Assembly (NCBI GenBank): GCA_044222255.1
Contig: JBGANP010000007.1
Span: forward strand, 2,327 to 66,326
DNA: 64,000 nucleotides
DNA from: Phycisphaerales bacterium
GTDB taxonomy: Bacteria > Planctomycetota > Phycisphaerae > Phycisphaerales > UBA1924
Reading direction: 5' to 3'
Made by a program: the position numbers and the translations under genes
Part shown: positions 38,418-48,070 of the stretch, in pieces
How the letters are laid out: every line of letters starts with the position of its first letter
Numbering within the stretch: position 1 is the first letter of the stretch
Notes under the pieces: generated by a model
What the model saw: only the letters and a program-made list of their open reading frames with translations
Databases searched by the model: none
Told to the model about the DNA's origin: nothing

Positions 38418-39803
38418 TCAGGCCGCGGTTCGACCGCCCTTAGCGGCCTCATCGTGACCGAGGAATCCGGCGTAGTTGCGCATCAGGAGGTTGGCCTCCA
38501 CGCGCTGGATGAAGTCGAGAATGACCGAGACCACGATGAGCAGGCCCGTGCCGCCGAGGAACTGCGTCACGGTGTAGGGAATGTTCATCGCGTGGTTGAT
38601 GACCATCGGGGCGACGGCGATCACGGCCAGGAAGGCGGCACCGACGTAGGTGATGCGCTCCATCACCGTCTCGAGGTACTCCGCCGTGCGGGGGCCGGGG
38701 CGGAGACCGGGAATGAACGACCCGTGGTCGCGGAGCTGCTTGGACATCTCTTCCGGATTAAACTGCACCGTAATCCAGAAGTAGCTGAAGAAGTAGATCA
38801 ACACAATCTCGCAGATGACGTACGGGAACTCGCCGTTGGCGAAGTTCTTGCTGAGCCAGTCCGTCATCGACGACCACCAGGAGTCCGGCAGGGAGACCTT
38901 CGCCTGCTGACTGAGCATGCTGAAGATCACCGACGGGAAGATCATGAGCGAGGATGCAAAAATCACGGGCATGACGCCGCCGTGGTTGATCTTCAGCGGG
39001 AGGTAGGACTTCTGACCGCCAAAGACCTTGCGGCCGCGAGTGTGCTTGGCCTGCTGGATCGGGATGCGTCGCTGGGCCACGGTCATGAGCACCGAACCCG
39101 CGATGACGACCACGAAGCCCGCGATGATGAAGAACACAGCCGTCCAGCCGATCTTCTGCGAATCGCGGGGATCAAAGTTGGTGATGATCCAGTCGATCGC
39201 GCTGGGCATCTGAGTCAAGATGCCCGCGGCGATGATGAGCGAAACACCGTTGCCGATGCCGTGCTTGTCGATCTGCTCGCCCAGCCACATGAGGAACATG
39301 CAGCCGGCGGTGAGGGCCGCGGTCGCCATGATCCACCAGACCGGGTTGGCCGCGGACTCGGGATAGACCAAGCCCATCGTGCTGATGTACTTCAGCCAGC
39401 CGATGCCCTGAACGATGCACAGGCCGATCGTGGCCAGGCGCGTCCATTCCATGATCTTTTGGCGACCCGTTGGCCCTTCGTTCTGCAGCGCCTTCAGCTG
39501 CGGCAGCACCTGGCCCAGCAACTGGAAGATGATCGAGGCCGAGATATAGGGCATCACGCCCATGCCGAAGATCGTCGAGCGGCCGAATGCACCGCCGGAG
39601 AAGACGGACATGAAGCCCGCGACGCGGCTCGCCGCGGAGCCCTCGGTGGCCTGCTGCTGGAAAAACTCCTCCAGCGTCTTCTGGTTCACGCCCGGGAGCG
39701 GAATCCAGTGGCCGATGCGAAACACCGCAAGCATCCCCAGTGTGAAGAGGATCTTGCCGCGGAGTTCCGCGATCCGGAAGACATTGAGAAAAGCTTGCAG
39801 CAT
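38418..39803 (-). CDS. secY: preprotein translocase subunit SecY
   Basis: 461 aa, 10 TM, typical N-terminus MLQAFLNVFRIAELRGKILFTL, in the canonical position after rplO. Confidence 0.95.
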   Translation of the reverse strand: MLQAFLNVFRIAELRGKILFTLGMLAVFRIGHWIPLPGVNQKTLEEFFQQQATEGSAASRVAGFMSVFSGGAFGRSTIFGMGVMPYISASIIFQLLGQVLPQLKALQNEGPTGRQKIMEWTRLATIGLCIVQGIGWLKYISTMGLVYPESAANPVWWIMATAALTAGCMFLMWLGEQIDKHGIGNGVSLIIAAGILTQMPSAIDWIITNFDPRDSQKIGWTAVFFIIAGFVVVIAGSVLMTVAQRRIPIQQAKHTRGRKVFGGQKSYLPLKINHGGVMPVIFASSLMIFPSVIFSMLSQQAKVSLPDSWWSSMTDWLSKNFANGEFPYVICEIVLIYFFSYFWITVQFNPEEMSKQLRDHGSFIPGLRPGPRTAEYLETVMERITYVGAAFLAVIAVAPMVINHAMNIPYTVTQFLGGTGLLIVVSVILDFIQRVEANLLMRNYAGFLGHDEAAKGGRTAA

Positions 39804-39902
39804 TCGTGTGCGTCCGGGGTGGCGTCCGTGCCGAGATCAGTCGCGACTCGGAAGGAGCCGACCCGCGACACGGTCAATGGCGGAAAGGGTAGTTCCGCGC
39901 AA

Positions 39903-40607
39903 TCAATCCTTCTTCGGGGCGTCCTTCGGGGCTTCCTTGGCAGCGTCCTTCGCGGCCTCGGGCTTACCTTCTGGCTTGGCCTTGGCGTCCTTCTTGGCGC
40001 CCTTCTTGTCGGCGTCGGCGGCATCGAGATCCTCGATGACGACCTTCTTGGGGCCGGAGGAGCGCTTGAGCTTCTTGGTGAGGTTCTTGGGGGTGAGATC
40101 GTCGGAGGAGCGATCCACGCCGCGGACCTTGTCGCGACGGGTGCCGGTCTCCTTGACGGAGCCGCCCGCGTCGGTGATCAGCTTCTTGGCCGAGGCCGAG
40201 ACGCGATTGGCGACGACCGTGAGCTTCACGGACACCTTCTCGTTCTTCGAGAGGTCGCCGAGGATCTTCAGGTCGCGGCTGTCGTCGCGGATCAGGCCCG
40301 CCTTCTGCAGCGTAGCCATGCTGACCTCGCCGCCCTTGGCGAACGCGGGGTGCTGGATGATCGCGCGGAGGTTGACGATCCAGAAGTGCGTCGTGAAGTT
40401 CGCGTTCGAGAAGCCGAACTTCCGCAGGCGGCGGAAGTAGGGCATCTGACCGCCTTCAAAGGCGAGCTTCGTGGCGTGGCCGGAGCGAGAGGACGCGCCC
40501 TTCTGGCCGCGGCCGGAGCGACGGCCCGTGCCCGAGCCGGTGCCGCGACCGACGCGCTTGCGCTTCTTGTTCTGGCCGGCCAGCACTGTGATATCGTGGA
40601 TCATCAT
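39903..40607 (-). CDS. rplO: 50S ribosomal protein L15 (Lys/Ala/Asp-rich C-terminal extension)
   Basis: KKRKRVGRGTGSGTGRRSGRGQKG... plus a tail of about 70 aa. Confidence 0.92.
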   Translation of the reverse strand: MMIHDITVLAGQNKKRKRVGRGTGSGTGRRSGRGQKGASSRSGHATKLAFEGGQMPYFRRLRKFGFSNANFTTHFWIVNLRAIIQHPAFAKGGEVSMATLQKAGLIRDDSRDLKILGDLSKNEKVSVKLTVVANRVSASAKKLITDAGGSVKETGTRRDKVRGVDRSSDDLTPKNLTKKLKRSSGPKKVVIEDLDAADADKKGAKKDAKAKPEGKPEAAKDAAKEAPKDAPKKD

Positions 40608-40716
40608 GACGGGAGACTCCCGGGAACTGTCTTGCGTGACACGGGCCGATTCGCCCGTGATTCTGAACTACATCATCTCTGATACTGATTAAACGAACTG
40701 ACTCAGGCCATCCGAC

Positions 40717-41433
40717 TCAAGCCTTCGGAGCAGCTCCCGCGGCCTGGTTGCCGCCGTCGGCCGGGCCGCTGTCGCTGCCGCCGATCGGGCGACGCGGACC
40801 GCGATTGCCGCCGCCACCGGGACCGCCGCGACCACGACCCTTGCGCTCGTCGGCGACGGTGTTGACCGGGCCGCGGGCCTTGCGGGGGCCGGAGGTCTCG
40901 GCCATCGTTGACTTGGAGGCCTCGATGCGCTCGAGGATGTTGGTCTTGCCCAGCATCTGGCCGCGAAGGGTCGCGACATCATCGGGGAGGCGGAGCTGAG
41001 CGAGACCGTCGAACGCGGCCTTCACCGTGTTGCGGGCATTCGTCGATCCGTAGCACTTGGAGAGGCAGTCCTGCACGCCCGCCATGTCCATGATCGAGCG
41101 GACCACGCCGCCGGCGACCACGCCGGTACCGGGCGAGGCCGGAATCAGGCGGACCTTGGAGGCCGAGAACTTGCCCTCGACCTCGTGGTGGAAGGTGGTG
41201 CCGACGCGGGCGATGGTGATCATCGCTCGCTTGGCGTACTTCTGTGCCTTCTCGATGGCCTGCGGCACTTCGTTGGCCTTGGCATAGCCGTAGCCGACCT
41301 GGCCGCGGCGGTTGCCGATGACCACAAGCGCGCCGAACGAGAACCGGCGGCCGCCCTTGACGGTGCTGGCCGTGCGGTACACGCCGATGGTCGTGGATTC
41401 GAGCTGCGATGATTCGTCGAGGATCTCGGGCAT
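40717..41433 (-). CDS. rpsE: 30S ribosomal protein S5 (Gly/Arg-rich C-terminal extension)
   Basis: VYRTASTVKGGRRFSFGALVVIGN...GTGVVAGG... plus tail ...RKGRGRGGPGGGGNRGPRRP... Confidence 0.92.
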   Translation of the reverse strand: MPEILDESSQLESTTIGVYRTASTVKGGRRFSFGALVVIGNRRGQVGYGYAKANEVPQAIEKAQKYAKRAMITIARVGTTFHHEVEGKFSASKVRLIPASPGTGVVAGGVVRSIMDMAGVQDCLSKCYGSTNARNTVKAAFDGLAQLRLPDDVATLRGQMLGKTNILERIEASKSTMAETSGPRKARGPVNTVADERKGRGRGGPGGGGNRGPRRPIGGSDSGPADGGNQAAGAAPKA

Positions 41434-41529
41434 GGGATGGGTCTTTCGATGCTCTGCTTGGGACTATCTTGAACAGGTCATATGAGTCGTATAGGACCTA
41501 CACGACCTATCTCTTGTGGTCGCTGCTGA

Positions 41530-41895
41530 TTAGAACTTGAGGCCTTCCTTACGAGCCGAGTCACCCAGGGCCTTCACGCGCCCGTGGTACTTGAACCCGC
41601 CGCGGTCGAACGCGACCGTCGCGATCCCCGCTTTCTTGGCGCGATCGGCGATCAGCTTGCCGACCGCCGCGGCCGACTTGGAGTTGCCGGTCTTGCCCTC
41701 AACGGTCCCCTCGGCTTCGACCGAGCTGGCCGAGACCAGCGTCTTCCCCGCCAGATCATCGATGATCTGCACGTGGATGTGCTTGAGGGACTTGTACACG
41801 GCGAGCCGCGGCTTGGTGGGAGTGCCCACCAGCTTGGCGCGCACGCGCTTGTGTCGCTTGATCCGGCGTTCGGCTTTGAGCTTGTTCTTGTTCAT
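41530..41895 (-). CDS. rplR: 50S ribosomal protein L18
   Basis: [22 protein letters not shown]...[29 protein letters not shown] 41895. Confidence 0.93.
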   Translation of the reverse strand: MNKNKLKAERRIKRHKRVRAKLVGTPTKPRLAVYKSLKHIHVQIIDDLAGKTLVSASSVEAEGTVEGKTGNSKSAAAVGKLIADRAKKAGIATVAFDRGGFKYHGRVKALGDSARKEGLKF

Positions 41896-41979
41896 GACTG
41901 ATGCTCTTCTGTGGACTACGCGGCACGCCGCGATGGACTCTTGCTTCTGACAATCCGGCGGTGGCCGGCCAACTCTTCC

Positions 41980-41998
41980 GCACCGGCGAAGGCCGGCA
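41980..41998 (+). repeat. REP-like hairpin element, family B
   Basis: GCACCGGCGAAGGCCGGCA in the rplF-rplR spacer. Confidence 0.6.
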
Positions 41999-42001
41999 TA
42001 C

Positions 42002-42553
42002 TTACGCACCGAACTGTTTGCCCTGCTTGCGCTTGACGGTCTCGGTGGTGTACTTGATGCCCTTGCCGTTGTACGGCTCGGGCTTGCGGACGGCCCGCGT
42101 CTTGGCGGCGAACTGCCCAACCATCTGCTTGTCGGCGCCCGAAACCTTGATGATCTGCTTCTCAACCGTCACGGTCAGACCCTTGGGGATCTCGACCATG
42201 ATCGGGTTGGCGAAGCCGACGACCAGCTTCAGCTTGCCCGCGGCCAGCGATGCCGTCCAACCCACGCCGACGACTTCGAGCTGCTTCTCGTAGCCGGTCT
42301 GCACGCCGAGGATCGCGTTCTGGATCAGAGCGCGATTCGTGCCCCACAAAGCGCGGGCGAAGCGGTCCTCGCCCTTGTCCTCCGGGATAGAGCAGGTGAC
42401 GGACTTCTCGCTCTCGTTCCAGGCGACCTTCACCTCGGGGTGGACGTTCACAACCAGCGTGCCCTTGGGCCCGGTGACGGTGACTTCCTGGCCCTTGAGG
42501 GCGAGCTTGATTCCGGCGGGAACGGTGATGACTTTGCGGCCGATACGGGACAT
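42002..42553 (-). CDS. rplF: 50S ribosomal protein L6
   Basis: [31 protein letters not shown]... Confidence 0.95.
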   Translation of the reverse strand: MSRIGRKVITVPAGIKLALKGQEVTVTGPKGTLVVNVHPEVKVAWNESEKSVTCSIPEDKGEDRFARALWGTNRALIQNAILGVQTGYEKQLEVVGVGWTASLAAGKLKLVVGFANPIMVEIPKGLTVTVEKQIIKVSGADKQMVGQFAAKTRAVRKPEPYNGKGIKYTTETVKRKQGKQFGA

Positions 42554-42620
42554 GGTTTATTTGCTCCTCAGTCGCCTGTCGCGACCGGCTTCAACCTGAG
42601 TGTGTAAGAACAATAACTGA

Positions 42621-43019
42621 TTAGTTCACGAGTGCGAGGAGCTCGCCGCCGAGCCGCTGGTCGCGGCACTTGCGGTCGCTCATCACACCCTTGGAGGTGG
42701 AGACGATGCAGATACCCAGACCCTGGATCGGCCGGGGAAGTTCCTCGACGCCCTTGTAGACGCGCCGACCGGGCTTGGACTCGCGCTTGACCTGGTGCAG
42801 GATGGTCTCCCCGCGCGGGCCGTACTTGAGCTTGATCTTGATCTTGCCCTGGCGTCCGTCCTCGGCGATGCCGAAGTCGTTGATGTAGCCCTCGTCCTTC
42901 AGGACGGCGGCGATGCCGCGGCAGACCTTGGTGTTCAGGCAGACCACGTCCTTCGCGCGGTTCGAGGCCGCGTTGCGGATGCGGGTCAGCATGTCGGAGA
43001 TCGGATCGTTGATCGCCAT
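42621..43019 (-). CDS. rpsH: 30S ribosomal protein S8
   Basis: MAINDPISDMLTRIRNA... ATG 43019. Confidence 0.93.
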   Translation of the reverse strand: MAINDPISDMLTRIRNAASNRAKDVVCLNTKVCRGIAAVLKDEGYINDFGIAEDGRQGKIKIKLKYGPRGETILHQVKRESKPGRRVYKGVEELPRPIQGLGICIVSTSKGVMSDRKCRDQRLGGELLALVN

Positions 43020-43120
43020 GGTCGTTCTCGTGGGTCTTTCGTGCGGCCAGGTCGTCCTGGGCCGCATGGGGGTCGTGTGGATCGAATCGGTCAGTGAGGA
43101 ATCGGAATACGTCTATCGAT

Positions 43121-43306
43121 TTACCAGGAGCTCTTGCGCATCCCGGGGATCTTGCCCTCAAGCGCGAGCTTGCGGAGCATGATGCGGCTGATGCGGAACT
43201 TGCGGTACACGCCGCGAGCGCGCCCAGTCAGCTCGCATCGGCGCACGATGCGCGATGAGAACTTGGGCTTCCGGAGTGTCTTGGCCATCTGTGCCTTGGT
43301 CGTCAT
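43121..43306 (-). CDS. rpsN: 30S ribosomal protein S14 (short, 61 aa form)
   Basis: ...[40 protein letters not shown]. Confidence 0.92.
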   Translation of the reverse strand: MTTKAQMAKTLRKPKFSSRIVRRCELTGRARGVYRKFRISRIMLRKLALEGKIPGMRKSSW

Positions 43307-43377
43307 GATCCGAACCTCTGTCTAGTGGCATCGGCCTACCGGCCGATGTGCGGGACTCGTGCTGAAAACTGGACGCG

Positions 43378-44064
43378 TTAGTTGTTCTTCTCGTCCTTGC
43401 GGAACGGGAAGCCGAGCTCGGTCAGAAGATGCCGGCTCTTCTCGGGGCTGGAGCGATCGAACTTCAGGTTGATGTTCATGCCGTGGGTGAAGTTCACCTC
43501 GGCCATGTTGATCTCCGGGAAGACGCCCTGCTCGGAGAGGCCCATGGAGTAGTTGCCCTGGCGATCGAAGGCCTTGGGGTTCAGGCCGCGGAAGTCCTTC
43601 ACGCGAGGCGTGGCCAGGTGGATCAGGCGATCCAGGAAGTACCACATGCGGTCGCGACGGAGCGTGACCATCGCCGACGTCTCATAGCCGGCGCGAACCT
43701 TGAAGTTCGAGACGCTCTTCTTGGCCTTGATGACGATCGGCTTCTGGCCGCTGATCTTCACGAGCGTGTCCAGCACCGTCTGGCGGACCAGCGGGGGGAG
43801 CTTCGTGCCCTCCAGATGCCGGCCCATGTTGACGTTGATGGTGATGCTCTTGAGCCGCGGGCGCTGCATCGGGTTCGTCAGCGAGAACTTCTCGCCGACG
43901 GACGCGTCCACCTTGTCCTTGAACAGGGCCTTCAGGCGTGCCGGAGGGAGCGGACCGACGGGCGCGGACTCGTCGTGCGCCTTGCTCTTACCGCTGCCGC
44001 CCTTGGGCTTGCCGCCCATCTGTGGCTTGCCGCCGGTGTGTTGTGGTTTCGTGTCCTTGGCCAT
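43378..44064 (-). CDS. rplE: 50S ribosomal protein L5 (Lys/Gly-rich N-terminal extension)
   Basis: About 45 aa of MAKDTKPQHTGGKPQMGGKPKGGSGKSK..., then the L5 core (RLKSITINVNMG, FRGLNPKAFDRQGNYSMGL). Confidence 0.92.
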   Translation of the reverse strand: MAKDTKPQHTGGKPQMGGKPKGGSGKSKAHDESAPVGPLPPARLKALFKDKVDASVGEKFSLTNPMQRPRLKSITINVNMGRHLEGTKLPPLVRQTVLDTLVKISGQKPIVIKAKKSVSNFKVRAGYETSAMVTLRRDRMWYFLDRLIHLATPRVKDFRGLNPKAFDRQGNYSMGLSEQGVFPEINMAEVNFTHGMNINLKFDRSSPEKSRHLLTELGFPFRKDEKNN

Positions 44065-44149
44065 GATTCAGACTCGCTTGCTTCGAAAATGCTCTCGGGG
44101 AGAGCGGGGAGAATCGGTACGTGCTGAGGGAAGATCCGTCCCGCGACGA

Positions 44150-44542
44150 TCAGCCCTTCTTCTTCGTGTCCTTCTTCTTGACATCCTTCTTGGCGTCGGC
44201 CGAGCGAAGGGGCTCGCCGATCGTGTCGCCCGTGGTCGCGGCGACGCGAAGCTTGCTGCCGTCGGCGTTCTGCTTGAAGCGCACGCGCGTCGGCTTGCCG
44301 TTCTTGTCCACCGGGCTCACATTCGAGATGTGGACCGGCGCCTCACGCGTGATGATGCCGCCCTGCGGCGCCTTCGGCGTGGGCTTGAGGTGCTTGGTGC
44401 GGAGATTCAAGCCCTTCACGATGACGCGTTCGGTCCCGGGCTTCTCGCCCGTGATCACGCGCACGATCGTGCCGGTCTTGCCCTTGTGCGAGCCGCTGGT
44501 CACCATGACCAGGTCGCCCTTGCGTACGTGACGAGCCATCAC
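44150..44542 (-). CDS. rplX: 50S ribosomal protein L24 (Lys-rich tail)
   Basis: [25 protein letters not shown] (KOW motif). Confidence 0.92.
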   Translation of the reverse strand: MMARHVRKGDLVMVTSGSHKGKTGTIVRVITGEKPGTERVIVKGLNLRTKHLKPTPKAPQGGIITREAPVHISNVSPVDKNGKPTRVRFKQNADGSKLRVAATTGDTIGEPLRSADAKKDVKKKDTKKKG

Positions 44543-44925
44543 ACCACCTCCGGTGCAAGAGAGACAATCTTCATGAAGTTCTTTTCCCGCAGCTCACGGG
44601 CGACGGGCCCGAAGATGCGCGTGCCCTTGGGGTTGCCGTCGTCGAGAATCAGCACCACCGCGTTCGCGTCGAACTTCACGTACGACCCGTCCGCGCGGCG
44701 TGTCGGCTTGGTCGTGCGAACCACGACGGCCTTGAACTTCTCGCCGGCCTTCACATCAGACCCGGGCAGGGCCTTCTTGATCGAGACCAGCACGCGATCA
44801 CCCACGCCCGCCATGCGGCGCTGGAACTTGCCCGTACGCGTCGAGGCGCCGTACACGCGGATCACGTAGGCGATTTTCGCGCCCGAGTTGTCCGCGACTT
44901 CGCATCTTGTTTCTTGTTGCAGCAT
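44539..44925 (-). CDS. rplN: 50S ribosomal protein L14
   Basis: [17 protein letters not shown]... Confidence 0.95.
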   Translation of the reverse strand: MLQQETRCEVADNSGAKIAYVIRVYGASTRTGKFQRRMAGVGDRVLVSIKKALPGSDVKAGEKFKAVVVRTTKPTRRADGSYVKFDANAVVLILDDGNPKGTRIFGPVARELREKNFMKIVSLAPEVV

Positions 44926-45008
44926 GGGATTCGTTCCCGATTCGTTTCGTTGTGTTCTGGATCAGTCGTTCGTTCGTATCGTCAGCTTCGCTCGCGAAAT
45001 CCGCCGGC

Positions 45009-45359
45009 TCACGCCTTGACCGGCTTCGCGTTCGGGTCCTGGGTCACCAGTTCCACCCGGTTGCCGCGTTCGACGATCCGGACCAATGTCCAGTGCTTCG
45101 TCCGCGACATCGGGCGGCAGGGCTTCACCTCGACGGTGTCGCCAAGCTTCGAGTCGTTCGCCTCGTCGTGCACCTGCAGCACCGTCTTGCGGGAGATGAA
45201 CTTCCCGTACTTCGGGTGCATCGTCTTGTAGTTCACGACAACCGTCCGCGACTTGGAACGCTTGTCGGACTCGACGGTGCCGACCATCGTCACGATCTTG
45301 TTCGCTGCGCCGGGGGCGTTGGAGGTTGCTTTGGCTGCTGGTGCTTTGGTGGTCGGCAT
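45009..45359 (-). CDS. rpsQ: 30S ribosomal protein S17
   Basis: ...MVGTVESDKRSKSRTVVVNYKTMHPKYGKFISRKTVLQVHDE... Confidence 0.92.
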   Translation of the reverse strand: MPTTKAPAAKATSNAPGAANKIVTMVGTVESDKRSKSRTVVVNYKTMHPKYGKFISRKTVLQVHDEANDSKLGDTVEVKPCRPMSRTKHWTLVRIVERGNRVELVTQDPNAKPVKA

Positions 45360-45445
45360 AAGACTCGGTCTTTCGTCGGGCTGGTGCTTGATTCAGGTCT
45401 GTGGCACGAGCCCCGTGGCTCATGATGTCTGGTTACTTGGACTGC

Positions 45446-45859
45446 TTACTTGGCCTTCGCCTTGGTCTTCGCGGCCGTCTTCGCCGCCTTGCGCTTCGGG
45501 GCCGCCTTCACGGCCTTCGTCGCCTTCTTGCCGGCGACGCGGGCGTGGCTGTGAACCGCCGCCTTCTTGCCGTGCTTGACGACCTTCTTCTTCTTCGCGG
45601 GGGCCGCGGCCTTCTTCGCCGGAGCGTGCGTCCGGGGCTCGCCCTTGCCGGTGATGCGGCGGGTGGACTGCTCGGTCATCAGCCGCGCAATGTTGCGCTT
45701 CGTGATGCCGAACTGGGAGTGGTCCTCCACCTTCTCAGTCACCGACTGCGAACGCAGCGTGTAGAGCTTGTCGCGAAGATTCTTGACCTCGGCTCCGATC
45801 TCGTCGGAGGTCATCTTCTTGATGCCCGCTGCAAACTTCTTTTCTTCGTTCTTGGCCAT
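45446..45859 (-). CDS. rpmC: 50S ribosomal protein L29 with ~70-aa Lys/Ala-rich (histone-H1-like) C-terminal tail
   Basis: The L29 core (SDEIGAEVKNLRDKLYTLRSQ) sits in the first ~65 aa, then ...APAKKAAAPAKKKKVVKHGKK...AAKTAAKTKAKAK. Confidence 0.88.
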   Translation of the reverse strand: MAKNEEKKFAAGIKKMTSDEIGAEVKNLRDKLYTLRSQSVTEKVEDHSQFGITKRNIARLMTEQSTRRITGKGEPRTHAPAKKAAAPAKKKKVVKHGKKAAVHSHARVAGKKATKAVKAAPKRKAAKTAAKTKAKAK

Positions 45860-45918
45860 GAGTTGAACTCTTGCTCGCTCTTGCTTTGTTGATCGTGATC
45901 GTTGTTGCTCTGAAACAC

Positions 45919-46347
45919 TCAGACGCTAAGGCGACGCCCCACAAACCGGCACTTCACCGGCATCTTCATCGCCACGCGGACGAGGGCCTTCTTCGCCGCC
46001 GCCTCGGGCACGCCGGCGATCTCGAACAGGATCGTCCCGGGCTTCACGCGGGCCGCCCAATACTCGACCTCCGCCTTGCCCGTACCCATTCGCGTTTCCA
46101 AGGGCTTCTTGGAGATCGGCTTGTCCGGGAAGACGCGGATGAACAGCTTGCCCTCACGCTTGAGGAAGTGCATCGCCGCCACACGCCCGGCCTCCAGCAC
46201 TCGAGCGGGGACCCACTGGCCCTCCATCGCCTGCAGGCCGTAGTCGCCGAACGCGACGTAGTTGCCCTTCGTCGCCTTGCGGGGGCGCACGCGACGCTGC
46301 TCCTTGCGGAACTTGACTCTTTTGGGCATCAGGGCCATCGAAAACAC
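45919..46347 (-). CDS. rplP: 50S ribosomal protein L16
   Basis: MPKRVKFRKEQRR... Alternative ATGs at 46347, 46338 and 46329. Confidence 0.93.
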   Translation of the reverse strand: MFSMALMPKRVKFRKEQRRVRPRKATKGNYVAFGDYGLQAMEGQWVPARVLEAGRVAAMHFLKREGKLFIRVFPDKPISKKPLETRMGTGKAEVEYWAARVKPGTILFEIAGVPEAAAKKALVRVAMKMPVKCRFVGRRLSV

Positions 46348-46360
46348 TCCGTCTTGCTAA

Positions 46361-46374
46361 CCGGCGTTCGCCGG
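46361..46374 (-). repeat. family-B-like hairpin in inverted orientation (partial)
   Basis: CCGGCgTTCGCCGG versus the reverse complement of the family B core CCGGCCTTCGCCGG. Lies in the rpsC-rplP spacer. Confidence 0.35.
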
Positions 46375-46418
46375 GGTGAACTCGTTGAAACCACAAACCA
46401 TTCGACTCGAAACTGCTA

Positions 46419-47123
46419 TCAGCGACGCCCGCGAGCACGCGCCCGGCCGCCCGCGGCCTTGGATTCGCTCTCGTCGGTCTCGCCCTGCTTGTACATGCCC
46501 TTGTAGACCCACACCTGCACGCCGATCATCCCGTAGCTCATCAGAGCTTCCGCGACGCCGTAGTCGATGTGCGCCTGCAGCGTGCTCAGCGGGAGAGAGC
46601 CCAGACGCATATCCAACGTGCGGCTCATTTCCGCGCCGCCCAAACGGCCGGCCATCTGGATCTTGACGCCCAAGGCGCCCGCGCTCATCACGGCCTCGGC
46701 CTTCATCTTCATCGCGCGGCGGAACGCCACGCGCTTCTTCAGCTGGTCCGCGATGCCCTCGGCGATCAGCTTCGCATCCGTGTCCGGGTTCTTGATCTCG
46801 AGGATCGAGATCGAGACCTTGCGGCCCGTCTGCAGCATGAGCTCCTCGGTCAGGCGATCAACTTCGGCGCCCTTCGGCCCGATGACCAGGCCCGGACGGG
46901 CGGTCTTGATGATGACCTTGAGTTCCTCACGCGTGCGCTCGATGTGGACATCGCTCACGGCCGCGTGCGGTGGCTGGCGGTTCAGTCGCTTGTCCAGGAA
47001 GCGACGGATCTTTTCGTCCTCGATGAGCAGCTCGCCGTAGACCGCCTTGGGGGCGTACCAGCGGGAGCGGTGTGCCTCGGTGATGCCGACGCGGAAGCCG
47101 AATGGTTGGGTCTTTTGTCCCAT
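46419..47123 (-). CDS. rpsC: 30S ribosomal protein S3
   Basis: MGQKTQPFGFRVGITEAHRSRWYA..., KH domain. Confidence 0.95.
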   Translation of the reverse strand: MGQKTQPFGFRVGITEAHRSRWYAPKAVYGELLIEDEKIRRFLDKRLNRQPPHAAVSDVHIERTREELKVIIKTARPGLVIGPKGAEVDRLTEELMLQTGRKVSISILEIKNPDTDAKLIAEGIADQLKKRVAFRRAMKMKAEAVMSAGALGVKIQMAGRLGGAEMSRTLDMRLGSLPLSTLQAHIDYGVAEALMSYGMIGVQVWVYKGMYKQGETDESESKAAGGRARARGRR

Positions 47124-47126
47124 GAT

Positions 47127-47672
47127 TTACTTCCCCTCTTCCAGGCCGATGGTGATGTGGGTCATGCGCTTGATGATCGGGTGTGCCCGGCCGCGATCCT
47201 TCGGCTGGAACCGCTTCATGCGGGGCGCGTCGCACGCGGTCGACCGCGTGATGACCAGAAGATTCTGGTCCGCCTCCGCCAGCTGCGCCTCGGTCAGCGC
47301 GGCCAGCAGGGCCTTCTTGATGTCCAGCGCGGCGCGCTTGGTGGTGAACGAGAGCAGGTTCAGCGCCTGCTCGGCCTTTTTGCCGCGGATCAGATCCACG
47401 AGCAGCTTGGCCTTGCGGGGCGAGCCGCGGTGGTACTTGAAGATGCACTCGAAGCAGGCGAACTCCGCGACCGGAACGCCCAGGGCGTTGGCCAGGCCGA
47501 CGATGTCCTCGCGCTTGCAGCGGGGATGGTCGTTGCCGCGCATCCAGTTGCCGATCGCCGACTCGGCGCGAGCGCCGGTCAGTCCGGTGCGCTCCACCGC
47601 TTGGGCGAGCTGCTCGATGCCCAGACCCTTGGCCTCGGCGAGTTTCTTGAGCTTGGATCCGTTGATTCTCAC
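47127..47672 (-). CDS. rplV: 50S ribosomal protein L22 fused to an N-terminal Xre-like HTH domain
   Basis: The C-terminal ~105 aa form the L22 domain (GSPRKAKLLVDLIRGKKAEQALNLLSF...). The N-terminal ~75 aa (LKKLAEAKGLGIEQLAQAVERTGLTGARAESAIGNWMRGNDHP...IVGLANALGVPVAEF) look like HTH_3/Xre. Confidence 0.85.
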   Translation of the reverse strand: MRINGSKLKKLAEAKGLGIEQLAQAVERTGLTGARAESAIGNWMRGNDHPRCKREDIVGLANALGVPVAEFACFECIFKYHRGSPRKAKLLVDLIRGKKAEQALNLLSFTTKRAALDIKKALLAALTEAQLAEADQNLLVITRSTACDAPRMKRFQPKDRGRAHPIIKRMTHITIGLEEGK

Positions 47673-47764
47673 GGTGTCATCCTCTGGCTTTGCGTGGCAC
47701 GGGCTCGGGCCCGTGGTTCTACTTTCTTCAGATCATCCGCACGGGCAAACGCCCATGCCGGGGA

Positions 47765-48070
47765 TCACTTCTTGGCTGCGCCCGCCGTGTCGCCGCCCTC
47801 GATGCCTTCCTTCTTGTTCGTGTGGCCGCGGAACGTTCTCGTGTTGGAGAACTCTCCGAGCTTGTGCCCGACCATGTCTTCGGTGACGAAGACATCGTTG
47901 AACACCTTCCCGTTGTGGACCTTGAAGGTGTGGCCCACGAACTCCGGGACGATGGTGCAGGCACGCTTCCATGTCTTCATGGCTTCGCGCTTCCCCATCT
48001 GGTTGAGCTTCTCGACGCGCCGGTACAGACGCTCGTCGACAAACGGTCCCTTCTTGCTGCTGCGGCTCAT
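47765..48070 (-). CDS. rpsS: 30S ribosomal protein S19
   Basis: [15 protein letters not shown]...[12 protein letters not shown]...GHKLGEF. Confidence 0.95.
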   Translation of the reverse strand: MSRSSKKGPFVDERLYRRVEKLNQMGKREAMKTWKRACTIVPEFVGHTFKVHNGKVFNDVFVTEDMVGHKLGEFSNTRTFRGHTNKKEGIEGGDTAGAAKK

